From NCBI GenBank assembly GCA_963831755.1, contig CAWHRC010000018.1:1690-65689 (forward strand): 64,000 nt of DNA. The letters run 5' to 3'. The notes below the pieces were generated by a model. The model was not told the origin of the DNA, ran no database searches, and saw only the letters and a program-made list of their open reading frames with translations. The position numbers were made by a program, and so were the translations under genes. The stretch is from an uncultured Acidobacteriota bacterium. GTDB lineage: Bacteria; Acidobacteriota; Vicinamibacteria; Fen-336. Position 1 is the stretch's first letter. The number at the start of each line of letters is the position of its first letter. Of this stretch, positions 9,541 through 21,471 are shown in pieces.

Positions 9541-11697
9541 ATGACCTACCGTTTCGGCGACGTCGAGATCGACAGCGAGGTCTTCCGGGTCACCCGGGCC
9601 GGCGCGTCCATCCGCTTGGAGCCCAAGGCGCTAGAGCTGCTTCTCTTCCTCGCCGCCAACCCCGGGCGCCTCGTCACGAAGGCCCAGATCCAGGAGGCGG
9701 TCTGGAAGGGCACCTTCGTCACCGAGAGCGCCCTCACGCGGCTGGTGGCCCAGATCCGCAAGGGCCTGGAAGACGATGCGCGCGAGGCGCGCTACATCGA
9801 GACGGTCCCGACCCGGGGCTACCGGTTCATCGCCCGCCTCGAGCAGGACGGCGAGGAGACCGGCCCGCGCGACGACCGCGTCCGTCCCGGAACACCGCGC
9901 CGGGTGAACTGGTGGCGAGCCGGCGCCGCCGTCGCTCTCGCCGCGCTGGTCCTCTTCGGGCTCGCGGTCCGCTCGTGGCTGGCCCGCCCCAGGATCGTCG
10001 TGACGACGCCGCTCGCCGCCGGGCGCCCGCTGTTCGAGAAGCAGGTCAGCACGGGCGCCGACCTCAATGTGTACCCGCGCTTCTCGCCCGAAGGCGGATC
10101 GATCGCCTACTCGACGCTGCGCAAGCGCTCGCTGGAGATCGTGTTGCGGACGCTCGCACCGGGGGCGACCGAGGTGGCGGTCACGAGCGACGGGATGCAG
10201 AACATCCAGCCCGCCTTCTCCCCGGACGGCCGGCTGATCGCGTACCACTCGGTCGCCCGCGGCGGCATCTGGCTCGTTCCCGCGCTCGGCGGGCTGCCGC
10301 GCCGGCTCACCAGCTTCGGCTCGGACCCGGCCTGGTCCCCGGACGGATCGCGGCTCGTCTTCCAGGGCCAGTCCTGGGCGGGCACGGGCGTGAACCTGTG
10401 GTCTGCCAGCGAGGGGTCGACGATCTGGCTCGTGCCCTCGGCCGGGGGCGAGCCGCGACGGCTCACCTCGATCGAGAAGGTGGGGCCGGGAGGACAGGGC
10501 AGCCCGACGTGGTCGCCGGACGGCCAGCTGATCGCCTTCCTGGCGGGAACGCGCGTCTTCACGGTGCGACTCGCCGACGGCGCGCTGCGCGCGACGAGCG
10601 GGGACCTGCAGGTCCAGGGGATCGCCTGGGAGAAGGGCGGGCGGTCGCAGGTGTGGACGGGCTCGCAGTCGGGCAACTGGTGCGCCTGGCGGGTGCCGGT
10701 CGCACCCGAGACGGGCGAGCCGATCGGCGCGCCCGAGATCCTCGCGAGCGGGGGGGAAGCCGCGTCGGCCTGGTTGCAGCCCGCCCCGTCGCCGGACGGC
10801 CGCTCGATCGCCTACGTCACGTTCCGCACTCGCTACGAGATCCTGGCACAGGGCGTGACGTCGGACGGACGGGCCAGGGGGCAGCCCTCGCCGCTCGTCA
10901 CGACCGTCGCGGGTCGCAAGGTGCCGCTGGGGTTCTCGCCCGACGGTCGGCGCTTCGCTTTCACCACCGCGCGGCCGGGAGTCGGGCTCTCGGCCTGGGT
11001 GGCCGACCTCGGTTCGGGCGACGCGCGGCCGGTCGCGGAAGGACCGGGGCTGCAGCTGAGCCGCGCCTGGTTTCCGAACGGACGCCGGCTGGGCTACGTC
11101 GCGCAGGGGGCGCGCGGGCGGAGCTTCTGGAGCGTCGACGTCGAGACGGGAGACACGCGAGAGCTGCGGGCGCTGAACGCTCCGCTCTGGTGGGCGCCGC
11201 GGCTGTCGCCCGACGGAAAGTCGCTGCTGTCCCACGGGACGCTGAACGGCCGGCTCAACGTCTGGCGCATGGAGATGGCGGGCGGCGCGGCGCGCTTTCT
11301 CACGAACGACCCCGAGGGGATGGGGTGGCCCGTCTGGTCACCCGACGGCGAGCAGGTCGCCGTCGAGATCATGAGGGGCGGCGACACGCGCGTCGGGCTG
11401 ATGGCGGCATCCGGAGGCCCGGTGCGCGAGCTCGTCTCGACACCCGGGCAGAACTGGCCGCACTCCTTCTCGCCCGACGGCCGCCGTGTCGCGCTCGCCG
11501 GCCAAAGGCGCGGGATCTGGAACGTCTACACGGCGCCTGTTGCCGGCAGGGCAGAGCAGCCGGTCAGCGCGTACGACTCGCCCGCGATCTACGTGCGCTA
11601 CCCCGACTGGTCGCCGCTCGGCGACAGGATCGCCTACGAGTTCGCCGAGAGCACGTCGACCGTGTGGGTCGCGGAGCTGCCGCCGGCGCAGAGGTAG
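9541..11697 (+). CDS. CadC/ToxR-like transmembrane regulator: OmpR-type winged helix, TM segment and TolB-like PD40 beta-propellers
   Basis: [26 protein letters not shown], one TM, and many P.[FW]SPDG repeats. Confidence 0.88.
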   Translation: MTYRFGDVEIDSEVFRVTRAGASIRLEPKALELLLFLAANPGRLVTKAQIQEAVWKGTFVTESALTRLVAQIRKGLEDDAREARYIETVPTRGYRFIARLEQDGEETGPRDDRVRPGTPRRVNWWRAGAAVALAALVLFGLAVRSWLARPRIVVTTPLAAGRPLFEKQVSTGADLNVYPRFSPEGGSIAYSTLRKRSLEIVLRTLAPGATEVAVTSDGMQNIQPAFSPDGRLIAYHSVARGGIWLVPALGGLPRRLTSFGSDPAWSPDGSRLVFQGQSWAGTGVNLWSASEGSTIWLVPSAGGEPRRLTSIEKVGPGGQGSPTWSPDGQLIAFLAGTRVFTVRLADGALRATSGDLQVQGIAWEKGGRSQVWTGSQSGNWCAWRVPVAPETGEPIGAPEILASGGEAASAWLQPAPSPDGRSIAYVTFRTRYEILAQGVTSDGRARGQPSPLVTTVAGRKVPLGFSPDGRRFAFTTARPGVGLSAWVADLGSGDARPVAEGPGLQLSRAWFPNGRRLGYVAQGARGRSFWSVDVETGDTRELRALNAPLWWAPRLSPDGKSLLSHGTLNGRLNVWRMEMAGGAARFLTNDPEGMGWPVWSPDGEQVAVEIMRGGDTRVGLMAASGGPVRELVSTPGQNWPHSFSPDGRRVALAGQRRGIWNVYTAPVAGRAEQPVSAYDSPAIYVRYPDWSPLGDRIAYEFAESTSTVWVAELPPAQR

Positions 11698-11736
11698 CCC
11701 CGGCTGACCTTCGCCCGGGGATGCCATACTGAGCGG

Positions 11737-13261
11737 ATGGAATCCCCGCTGCAGGTCCACGCCAGCACTACGCCCGCGACCCTGCCGACGCGGCCGCCCG
11801 ACCCGTGCACGCTGGTGCTGTTCGGCGCGACGGGAGACCTCGCGCAGCGGAAGATCGTGCCGGCTCTCTACAACCTCGCGCTCGGCGGCGAGCTGCCGTC
11901 GCCGTTCGCGCTCGTCGGCACCAGCACCTCGGTCGGCGACGCGGAGGCGTACCGCCAGCAAGCTGCGCGACGCCGTCGCGCGCTTCTCGCGCACGCAGCC
12001 GCTCGACGAGGCCGTCTGGTCGCGCTTCGCGCCGCTCGTGGAGACGGCCGCGGCCGACGTCAACGCACGCGGGCGACTGGGCGAGGCTGCGCGAGCGGGT
12101 GCAGGCCGTCGAGCGCGAGCGCGGGACCGCCGGGAACCGCCTCTTCTACCTGGCGGTCCCGCCCGCCTCGTTCGCCCCGATCCTGAGCGGGCTGCGCGAG
12201 AGCGGGCTCGTCCGGCCCCCGGACGGCTCGCCCTGGTCGCGCGTGGTGATCGAGAAGCCGTTCGGCCGCGACCTCGACTCGGCCCGCGCGCTGCACGCGG
12301 CTGGTGGCGGGCGTCCTCGACGAGAGCCAGAGCTTCCGGATCGACCACTACCTCGGCAAGGAGACCGTCCAGAACATCCTGGTCTTCCGCTTCGGCAACT
12401 CGATCTTCGAGCCGCTGTGGAACCGCAAGTACGTCGACCACGTGCAGATCACGATGGCCGAGCAGATCGGCGTCGAGCGGCGCGGGCCGCTTCTACGACG
12501 CGAACGGCGTCGTGCGCGACGTGGTGCAGAACCACCTGCTGCAGGTGCTGGCGCTGGTCGCGATGGAGCTGCCGGCCACGTTCGGCGCCGACGACATCCG
12601 GGACGAGAAGCTCAAGCTGCTGCGCTCGGTGCGCGCGCTCGCGCCGGAGGACGCGCTGTACGGGCAGTACCGGGGCTACCGGCAGGCGGAGGGCGTCGCC
12701 GCCGACTCGCGCACGCCGACCTACGTCGCGCTCAAGCTGCTCGTCGACAACTGGCGCTGGCAGGGCGTGCCCTTCTACATCCGCGCGGGCAAGGGGCTCG
12801 CGCGCCGCACGACCGAGGTCTCGATCCACTTCCAGCAGATCCCGTACTGCCTGTTCGGCCGCGAGGACGTGTGCCAGCTGATCGAGCCGAACGTGCTGGT
12901 GCTGCGGATCCAGCCCGACGAGGGGATCGCGCTCTCGGTCGCGACGAAGGTGCCCGGGCGAGGACCTGACCGTCGGCAGCGTGCACATGGACTTCTCGTA
13001 CGCGGGCGCCTTCCACCGCGAGCCGGGCGAGGCCTACGAGAAGCTGCTGCTCGACGCGATGCGCGGCGACGCCACGCTGTTCGCGCGGCGCGACGGCGAC
13101 GAGCAGGCGTGGTCGCTCGTGACGCCGCTGCTGCGCGAGTGGAGAGGCGTTCGCGGACGAGCCGGCCGCTCTACGACGTGGGCTCGCCGGGCCGGCCGAG
13201 GCCGACGCCTTCGTCCGTCGCGACGGCCGCCGCTGGCGGCCGCTGCCGCCGTCGCCGCTGA
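11737..13261 (+). CDS. zwf: Glucose-6-phosphate 1-dehydrogenase, frameshifted; end approximate
   Basis: [68 protein letters not shown]. Confidence 0.92.
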
Positions 13262-13291
13262 CGGGCGTCGCGCTCGCGAGCAGCGGCGCTG

Positions 13292-14271
13292 CTAGTAGCC
13301 GTTCGGGTGGGCCTGCAGCCACTCCCACGCGGAGCGGATGATGTCCTCGAGCTCGGGCCGCTCGGGGCCCAGCCGAGCAGCTCGCGTGCCTTCGTCGGCG
13401 TCGCCGACGAGTCGCGGCGGGTCGCCCTCGCGCCGCGGGCCAGCCTCGTACGCCACGTCGCGCCCGGTGACGCGCCTGGCGGACTCGATCACCTCGAGCA
13501 CCGAGTAGCCGAGGCCGTTGCCCAGGTTCAGGAACTGCGAGCGCGCCGCCGCCGCGCAGGTGCGCGAGCGCGAGCAGGTGCGCCTCGCCGAGGTCCTCGA
13601 CGTGGATGTAGTCGCGGATCGCCGTGCCGTCCGGCGTGTCGTAGTCCCGGCCGAACACGACGACGCTCCTGCGCCGCCCCGCGGCCACCGCCAGCACGAG
13701 CGGGACAGGTGCGTCTCGGGGTCGTGCGCCTCGCCGCAGCGCGCGCTCGCGCCTGCGGCGTTGAAGTAGCGCAGCGCCACGAAGCGCAGGCCGTACGCGC
13801 GGTCGAAGTCGGCGAGCAGCCGCTCCACGAACAGCTTCGACCAGCCGTACGGGTTGATCGGCCACTGCGGGTGGTCCTCGGGGATCGGCACCTGCCGCGG
13901 CACGCCGTAGGTCGCGCAGGTCGAGGAGAAGACGACGTGCTTCACCCCCGCGCGCGCGAGGGTCTCGAACAGGACGGCCGCCTGCGTGAAGTTGTTCTCG
14001 TAGTAGCTCGCGGGCTCGCTCACCGACTCGCCCACGTAGGCGAAGGCCGCGAAGTGCGCGCAGGCGTCGACGGCGTGCTCGCGCACGACGCGCGCCACCA
14101 GCTCCCGGTCGCCGGTGCGGCCGCGGCAGAAGGCCGGCCCGCGGGTCGACCGCCGCCGCGCTGGCCGCGCGAGAGGTCGTCGAGCACGACCACCGGCTCT
14201 CCCGCGTCCAGCAGCTGCTCGACGAACACGCTGCCGATGTAGCCGGCGCCGCCGGTCACGAGAACGGCCAT
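13292..14271 (-). CDS. galE: UDP-glucose 4-epimerase, frameshifted
   Basis: [63 protein letters not shown]...HPNGY. Confidence 0.92.
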
Positions 14272-14307
14272 CTCTCTTCGCTCCCCGGGCAGGCGGCGGC
14301 GGCCGCG

Positions 14308-15285
14308 TCAGGCGGCGGCGCCCGGCTTCTCGGTGCCTCGCGCCTCGTCGTGGTGCGCCAGGAACCAGGCGTAGGAGCGTCTCGATGCCCTCGCGCAGCC
14401 CGATGCGGTGGCGCCAGCCGAGCGCGTGCAGCCGGCTCACGTCGAGCAGCTTGCGCGGCGTCCCGTCGGGCTTGCTGGCGTCGAACACGAGCTTGCGCCG
14501 CGGGGTGGACGATCGTCGCGGACCGTCTCGGCCAGCTCGCGGATCGTCAGGTCCTCGCCGGTGCCGACGTTGATGTGCTCGGCCGCGTCGTAGTGCCGCA
14601 TCAGGTACACGCAGGCGTCGGCGAGGTCGTCGACGTGCAGGAACTCGCGGCGTGGCGAGCCCGTGCCCCAGACCACGACCTCGCGGCGGCCGGCCTGCTT
14701 CGCGTCGTGGAACTTGCGGATGAGAGCGGGCAGCACGTGCGAGGCCGTCAGGTCGAAGTTGTCGTTCGGCCCGTAGAGGTTGGTCGGCATCGCCGAGATG
14801 AAGTCGCAGCCGTACTGCTTGCGGTAGGCCTGGCACAGCTTGATGCCGGCGATCTTCGCGATCGCGTACGGCTCGTTCGTCGGCTCGAGGTAGCCGGAGA
14901 GCAGCTCCTCCTCCTTCATCGGCTGCGCGCACTCGCGCGGGTAGATGCAGGAGCTGCCGAGGTACAGCAGCCGCTTCACGGGGAACAGGTGGGCGGCGTG
15001 CACCACCGTGGCGTGGATCATCATGTTGTCGTAGATGAACTCCGCCGGGCGCGTCGAGTTCGCCAGGATGCCGCCGACCGTGCCGGCGACGAGGAACACG
15101 TACTCGGGCCGGTTCGCGCGGAACCAGTAGTTGACCGCCGCCTGGTCGCGCAGGTCGAGCTGCTCGCGAGTCACCGTCAGCACCTGGCGGAAGCCCTCGG
15201 CCTGGAGCCGCCGCAGGATGGCGGAGCCCACGAGGCCGCGGTGGCCGGCCACGAAGACGCGGGAATCCGGCGCCAGGTCGAACAT
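14308..15285 (-). CDS. fcl: GDP-L-fucose synthase, frameshifted near the 3' end
   Basis: [69 protein letters not shown]. Confidence 0.93.
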
Positions 15286-16196
15286 GGCCACATCTTGCAG
15301 CCCAGGGTCATCGGGCGGCGGGCCAGCGCGCCGCGGACGAGCGCGAGCGCCTCGTCGCGCTCGGCGCCCTCGAGAGGCAGGCGCGGCGGGCGCACGGCCT
15401 CGGAGCCGAGGCCCGTCTCCTGCTGGACCAGCTTGATCAGCTGGACGAACTTCGGGACCGTGTCGAGCCGCAGCAGGGGCAGGAACCAGTCGTAGAGGGC
15501 GCGGGCCTCGGTCAGGCGGCCGGCCCTCGCGAGCTCGAACAGGCGCACCGACTCCCGCGGCAGCGCGTCGGCCAGCCCGGCGATCCAGCCGACCGCGCCG
15601 GCGGCGACCCCCTCGACGATCGCGTCGTCGACGCCGACCAGCACTGCCAGCCGCTCGCCGCACAGGGAGCGGATGGCCGTGACGCGGCGGACGTCGGCGC
15701 TCGACTCCTTGACGGCCACGAGGTTCGGCAGGGCGTCGGCCAGCGCGTGCAGCTCGTCCGGCAGCACGTCGGTGCCGTACGCGATCGGGTTGTTGTAGAG
15801 CATGCAGGGCAGGGGCGTCTCCGCGATCACGGCCTCGAAGTGGGCGCGCGTCTCGCGCCAGTCTCCCTTGTAGACGTACGGCGGCAGCACCATCAGGCCG
15901 TCGCACCCGGCCTCGGCCCCGAGCTCGGCGAGACGCCGTGCTTCCGCGGTCGTCAGCGCGGCGACGCCGGCGACGAGCGCCGCGCGTCCTGCGAGGGACT
16001 CGCGGCACAGCCGCAGCACGGCCTTCTTCTCGTCGAACGAGAGCGAGCCGCCCTCGCCGAGCGAGCCGAGCGCAACTATGCCCGTGCAGCCGGCCTGCAC
16101 GAGCGCGTCGATCTGCTTGACGAGCAGCTCGGCGTCGACCGAGAGGTCGTCACGGAACGGCGTCGTGATCGCGGGCATGACGCCTTGCCACTTCAT
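15177..16196 (-). CDS. DapA-family protein, probable Delta1-pyrroline-4-hydroxy-2-carboxylate deaminase; true 3' end may be near 15310
   Basis: [31 protein letters not shown]; last gene of a Hyp catabolic cluster. Confidence 0.8.
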   Translation of the reverse strand: MKWQGVMPAITTPFRDDLSVDAELLVKQIDALVQAGCTGIVALGSLGEGGSLSFDEKKAVLRLCRESLAGRAALVAGVAALTTAEARRLAELGAEAGCDGLMVLPPYVYKGDWRETRAHFEAVIAETPLPCMLYNNPIAYGTDVLPDELHALADALPNLVAVKESSADVRRVTAIRSLCGERLAVLVGVDDAIVEGVAAGAVGWIAGLADALPRESVRLFELARAGRLTEARALYDWFLPLLRLDTVPKFVQLIKLVQQETGLGSEAVRPPRLPLEGAERDEALALVRGALARRPMTLGCKMWPCSTWRRIPASSWPATAASWAPPSCGGSRPRASARC

Positions 16197-17508
16197 CGGC
16201 CTTCCTCCTGTGACGCGAGCACGCTACCCGCCGCCGGCGCATCCCCGCCGCTCTCGGCGAGCAGGGCGAGCGGCGCCGGCAGCAGCGGTGGCCGGATGGT
16301 ATCGGCGCTCCACCCGAACAGGAAGCCGAGCGCCGCGCCGCACACGCGGCCCTGGCACGGGCCCATGCCGGCCCGCGAGTGCAGCTTGACGCAGCGCGCC
16401 GCCGGTTCGATCGCAGCCGCATCCCGGATGCGGAGGAGAGGCACGTCCTCGCAGCGACAGACGACGGTGTCGGGCCGTGCCAGCGTCCGCAGCTCCTCGC
16501 GCAGGGCGAAGGCGCGCGAGAGCCGGGCGGCGAAGCGCCGTGTCGCGCCGGCGCCGGCGAAGGAGCGCTCCGGGCACGCGGACGGCCGGCCGCCGCGAGG
16601 CCCGCGATCGCGCCGCTGGCGAGGGCGTGCTCGACGCCGGCGATCCCGCCCAGCTCGCCGGCCGCGAAGACACCGGGGACGCTCGTCCGCTGTGACGCGT
16701 CGAGCACCATGGCGTCGAAGCCTGTCGCGCAGCCGAGCAGCCGCGGCAGCTCGAGGTTCGGCACGAGGCCGTAGCCGCACGCGAGCACGTCGCAGTCCCA
16801 GGCTCCACTCGCGGCGGCCGTCGCACACCACGACCCGCTCGAGGCGCTCGCGCCCGACAGCCTCGCGCACCCAGGCCCCCGTGCGGTACGGCACACCTGC
16901 GAGCGCCGTCAGATGGCCGGCAGCCTGCACGAGCCGATGCGGGCTTCGGGCGAGGCCGGCGGCGAAGGCCGCGAGCCTCGCCCAGGGCGCCTGCTCCGCG
17001 AGGCCCACCACGCGCGCGCCGGCCTTCCGGAGTGCGGCGGCCACGGCCACGAGGAGCGGCCCCGAGCCGGCGACGACCACGCGCAGGCCGGCGAAGCGGG
17101 CGCCGCTCTCGCGCAGCGCCTGCGCCGCGCCCGCGCCGATCACGCCGGGCGTCGTCCAGCCGGGAAACGGCAGCAGCAGCTCGCGTGCGCCGGTCGCGCA
17201 GCGACGAGGGCGTCGTAGCTCACGCGCAGCGGGCGGCCGCGCCGCTCGACGAGCAGGGCGCCGGGCGCCGGGGCGTCGACGACCGCGGCCTCGCCGAGGA
17301 CGGCGGCCCCGGATCGCGCGAGCCGCTCGAGCCAGGGCCGCGCGTCGCGCGGAGGCCGCGCCAGTGGCGCCAGATCTGGCCGCCGGGGCGCGGCGCCGGG
17401 TCGAGCAGCAGCACGCTGTCGGCCCGCGCTCCGCCGCGTGGACGGCGGCCGCGATCCCGGCGGGGCCGGCGCCCACCACCGCCACCTCGGCCTCAGGCGC
17501 TCAGCCAC
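16193..17508 (-). CDS. FAD/NAD oxidoreductase with a BFD-like 2Fe-2S C-terminus (D-hydroxyproline dehydrogenase alpha subunit / HcnB-like), frameshifted
   Basis: VVGAGPAG, ATGARE..PFPGWT.PGV, GSGPLL, VCRCEDV, GMGPCQGRVCG. Confidence 0.82.
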
Positions 17509-17751
17509 GCGTGCGCACCTGCATGCCCGTCGCGCACGATCTCGGCGCACGAGCGCCGGTGCGGCACGCCGTCGATCGTGACGCGGCACTCGAAGCAGGT
17601 GCCCATCCCGCACAGCGGCCCACGCGGCTCGCCGGTCGCGGACCGGCGCAGCGTGACGAACGCCCGCGTTCCACAGGGCGGCGAGCACGCTGGTGCCGGC
17701 CTCGGCCTCGAGCGGCCGGCCGTCGACGTCGATGCGGACCCGCTCAGCCAC
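17501..17751 (-). CDS. 2Fe-2S ferredoxin-like subunit (gamma / HcnA-like), frameshifted
   Basis: IDVDGRP..AGTSVLAAL and GEPRGPLCGMGTCFECRVTIDG..RSC. Confidence 0.82.
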
Positions 17752-18861
17752 GGTCGGGCATCGCTCGCCGGGGGTCGAAGGGCGCGGGGTCGAGAGGTGG
17801 CGTGCGTCCGAGCAGCAGGCTGCACAGCAGCTGCGCCGGTGCCGGGGGCGGTGGTGATGCCGAGGCCCTCGTGGCCGGCGGCGACCCACAGCCGCGGCTC
17901 CCACGCGCCGACGAGCGGCCGCGAGTCGGGTGTCGCCGGGCGGAAGCCGGTCCAGGTCCGCAGCACGCTCGAGGGCGTCGAGGCCGGGCAGGTACTCGAG
18001 CGCTCGCGCGCAGCATGCGAGCGAGGAGCGGCCGGTTGAGCGAGTCGTCCCAGCCGACCAGCTCGCGCGAGGAGCCGACGACCAGCTGGCCCGTCGCGCG
18101 CGGCTGGACGTTGAACGCGACCGACTCGCGCGTCAGCGTGTGCGCGCTCTTCAGGTAGCCGAGCTCGACCAGCTGGTGGCGCACCGCGCCGGGGTAGCGG
18201 TCGGTGACGACCAGGTGGCCCTTGCGCGGCACGATCGGCAGCTCGGGCAGCAGCGCGGGCGCTCTGGGCGCCGGCCGCGACCACGCACGTGGTCGGCTTC
18301 GAGCCAGCTCGCCGTCGCAGCGGGCGCGTCCCGGCGCCACCGCGTCGACGGTCGCCGCGCGCAGGCGTGCGCCGAGGCGCAGCGCGCCGTCGAGCAGGGC
18401 CCGCGCCGCCGCGGGCGGGTAGAGGACGCGGTCGTCCTCGACCAGCAGGCCGCCCGCCAGGCCGTCGCGCAGGCCCGGCTCCGCATCGCGCAGCTGCGGC
18501 CGCCTCGAGCACCTGCGTCGCCTCGCCGCGCGCCGCGTAGAACGCTGCCTTGGCGCGCACGTGCGCCATCTCCTCGTTCGTCTGCCGCGACCCACAGCGT
18601 CCCGCAGCGCTGGTGCTCGACCTCCGGTGGCAGCGCCAGGGCGCGCTCGGCCCACAACCGCTGCGAGCAGGCCGTCAGCGCGAACTGCGCCTCGGAGTCG
18701 TCCATCACCACCAGGTGGCCCATGGCGGCGCCGGTCGCACCCGATCCGACGAAGGACGCCTCGACCAGCTCGACGCCGCACCCGGCCTGCGCCAGCGCTT
18801 CCGCGCAGGCCGCGCCGACGATGCCGGCGCCAACGACGATCACGGAGGGAGCGCCGCTCAC
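17744..18861 (-). CDS. FAD-dependent D-amino acid dehydrogenase (D-hydroxyproline dehydrogenase beta subunit), frameshifted
   Basis: IVVGAGIVGAACA, GATGAAMGHLVVMDDS, PRKGHL, HQLVELGYL, WTGFRPATPD, AGHEGLGITTA. Confidence 0.85.
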
Positions 18862-18874
18862 GCGCGTGCAGGCC

Positions 18875-19843
18875 TCAGCGCACGGCCGTGAAGCCCCCGC
18901 GGAACGGGTCGGCCGGGTCGAAGAGGAGCGTCGCCTGCCCCGTCACGAACGCGCGCCCGCGCACACGCGGGACGAGATCGTCGCCCCTCGCCTCGAGCCA
19001 GCCCTCGAACAGCGAGCCGGTGATGCCCTCCTGGCGCCAGCGCTGGCCCGGGGCCAGCCGGCCGCGCGCGGCGAGCACGGCCATCTTCGCCGAGGTGCCG
19101 GTGCCGCAGGGCGAGCGGTCGTAGACGAGGCCCGGGCAGAGCACGAAGTTGCGCGCGTCGGCGTCCTCGCGCCGTGGCGGGCCGAACAGCTCGACGTGGT
19201 CGATCGCGGCGCCGTCGCGGCCGCTGACGCCCTGCGCGCGAAGCGCGCGCAGGATGCGCGTCGCCGCCTCGGTGAGCGGGCCGACGTTGTCGAGCTCCAG
19301 CCTCAGCGCGGGCAGCTCCGCCAGGAAGAACCAGTTGCCGCCCCAGGCCACGTCGCCGGCCACGCGGCCCAGGCCGGGCACGTCCAGCGCCACGTCGCGC
19401 GCGTGGCAGTAGGCCGGGACGTTCTCGATCGTCACCGCCCCGTCCGCGTCGAGCTCGGCGCCGACCGTGCCCACGGGCGTGTCGATGCGGACCGGGCCGG
19501 GCGCGAGCCGGCCGAGCCAGTCGAGCGTGCGCACGACGCCGATCAGCCCGTGGCCGCACATGCCGAGAGCGCCCGCGTTGTTGAAGAAGACGACGCCGGC
19601 CAGAGACCCCGGCTCGACGGGCGGCGTCAGCAGCGCGCCGACCATCGCGTCGTGGCCGCGCGGCTCGCAGGCGACCGCCTGCCGCAGCGCGTCCTGCTCG
19701 CGCAGCAGGAACGCCCGGCGCTCGGCCATCGTGCGCCCCTCGGGCTGCGGCCAGCCGTCGACCACGACTCTCGTCGGCTCGCCCTCCGTGTGCGAGTCGA
19801 CGACCTCCACCCGCTGCGGCCACGCGAAGGCGCCGGACCTCAC
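18875..19843 (-). CDS. 4-hydroxyproline 2-epimerase (proline racemase family)
   Basis: DSHTEGEPTR, with both catalytic cysteines present in MCGH and DRSPCGTGTSAK. Confidence 0.9.
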   Translation of the reverse strand: MRSGAFAWPQRVEVVDSHTEGEPTRVVVDGWPQPEGRTMAERRAFLLREQDALRQAVACEPRGHDAMVGALLTPPVEPGSLAGVVFFNNAGALGMCGHGLIGVVRTLDWLGRLAPGPVRIDTPVGTVGAELDADGAVTIENVPAYCHARDVALDVPGLGRVAGDVAWGGNWFFLAELPALRLELDNVGPLTEAATRILRALRAQGVSGRDGAAIDHVELFGPPRREDADARNFVLCPGLVYDRSPCGTGTSAKMAVLAARGRLAPGQRWRQEGITGSLFEGWLEARGDDLVPRVRGRAFVTGQATLLFDPADPFRGGFTAVR

Positions 19844-19926
19844 CGCCGGCTCACGCGGTGTCCCGTGTCAGGCTACTGTCGACCAGCCGCCAGATCCCGC
19901 GCGGGTCGGTCAGCATGGCCGGCGAG

Positions 19927-21355
19927 CTAGACCTTCTCCGGCACCACGAACGGCGCGCGGTACGGGCGCGTGAGCAGCTTGTCGGCCTCGGCGTCGCCCA
20001 CGAACTTCTCCGTCCTGCCGTCGAAGCGCAGCTTGCGGCCGACGCGGTAGGCGATGTTCGCGAGGTGCGGGAGAGCGGACGACAGGTGCCCGTCCTCGAT
20101 GCCGCAGGTCAGCTTCTTCGCGTCGTTCGCGCGGATGGCGTCCACGAAGTTCGCGTAGTGCGGCCGCTCCTCGCTGGTGAGCACGTTCGGGTCGGAGCCG
20201 CCCTGCTCCGGCGGCGCCTCCGAGCCGGGGCCCTTCTCGTTCCGGCGGCCCAGGTAGCTCTGCCACTTGCGGCCGTCGCCGTCGATCCAGACCCAGCCCT
20301 TCGTCCCGTAGAACAGGTTGCCGATGCGCTGCGTGCCCTCGTCGTTCGTGTACTCGCCGCGGGTCGCGAACTCGAAGAGCGTCCCGTCGGCGTACTCGAA
20401 GATCGAGCTGTGAAGGTCGGGCGTCTCCTGCGACGCCGGCGGACCGAAGTAGCCGCCGATTGCCGCCACGCTCACCGGGTGCTCGTTCTTGCCGAGGCCC
20501 CAGCGCGCGATGTCGAACTGGTGCGGGCCCTGGTTGCCGGTGTCGCCGTTGCCGTAGTCCCAGTGCCAGTGCCAGTTGTAGTGGAAGTGGTTGCGGTTGA
20601 AGGGACGCGCCGGCGCGGGCCCCAGCCACAGGTCGTAGTCGACCTTCGCCAGGTAGCCGGCGTCCCACACGCCCTCGGGCACGGGACCGGACTCGACGTT
20701 CAGGTGGTAGGCCTTGCCGTCGGTGATCGGCCCGTCCGGGTACTTGCCGATCCCCGGCCGCGACTTGAAGCACAGGCCGCGAGCCATGTAGACCTTGCCG
20801 ATCCCGCCGTCGTGGAGGAACTGGATGGCCTGGCGGACCGCCGGCCGGCTGCGGTTCATCGTCCCGACCTGGACGAGCTTGCCGTACCGCTGCGCTGCCT
20901 CGACCATCTTGCGCCCCTCCCACACCGTGTGGGACGCGGGCTTCTCGACGTAGACGTGCTTGCCCGCCTTCAGCGCCCAGATCGTGGCCAGGGCGTGCCA
21001 GTGGTTGGGCGTCGCGATGATCACGCCGTCGATGTCCTTGTCGTCGAAGACGCGGCGCAGGTCCTTCTGGTAGCCGGGCTTGAAGGTCGCGACGTCCTTC
21101 AGGTGCGGGATCGTTGGCGCGCGAGGCGAACAGGTTCTCGTCGACGTCGCACAGCGTCTTGATCTCGACGCCGGGCAGCTTCGCGAAGCCCCGCTTGAGC
21201 GCGTTGCCCTGCCCGCGGATGCCGATCGAGGCCAGGACCACGCGGTCGTTGGCCCCGAGCACGCGCCGCGCCTGCCCGGCCACCACTGCAGCGGCGGCGA
21301 GCGAGGTCGTGGCGGTGAAGGTGCGGCGGCTCAACTCATTGCGGTCTGCTGACAT
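19927..21355 (-). CDS. Tat-exported Gfo/Idh/MocA oxidoreductase, one frameshift near 21110
   Basis: SRRTF Tat signal, GANDRVVLASIGIRGQG, ATPNHWH, VYVEKP, YDLWLGPAP, GNQGPHQFD. Confidence 0.88.
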
Positions 21356-21471
21356 GGTCGCCTCCTGGCCGGGATCCGGGCCGGCTTGCCGCCGGCGCGC
21401 AACACCGGGATTCTGATATGGGACGCCGGCCAAGTCTAATGAGCGTGCCGCGGCTCCCGGGACGACAGACG

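Noticed and set aside
10060-11620. Repeated TCGCC(C/G)GACGG sequences as a DNA repeat array or CRISPR
   Set aside because: They are codons for the SPDG motif of PD40 propeller blades, with irregular spacing and no cas genes.
15177-15310. 109-bp overlap between the deaminase and fcl as a real overlapping-gene feature
   Set aside because: A TGA in a neighbouring frame near 15308 suggests a single-indel read-through artefact.
16193-18861. Hydrogen cyanide synthase (hcnABC) or opine oxidase
   Set aside because: The subunit families are the same, but the flanking Hyp epimerase and DapA-like deaminase point to D-hydroxyproline dehydrogenase.
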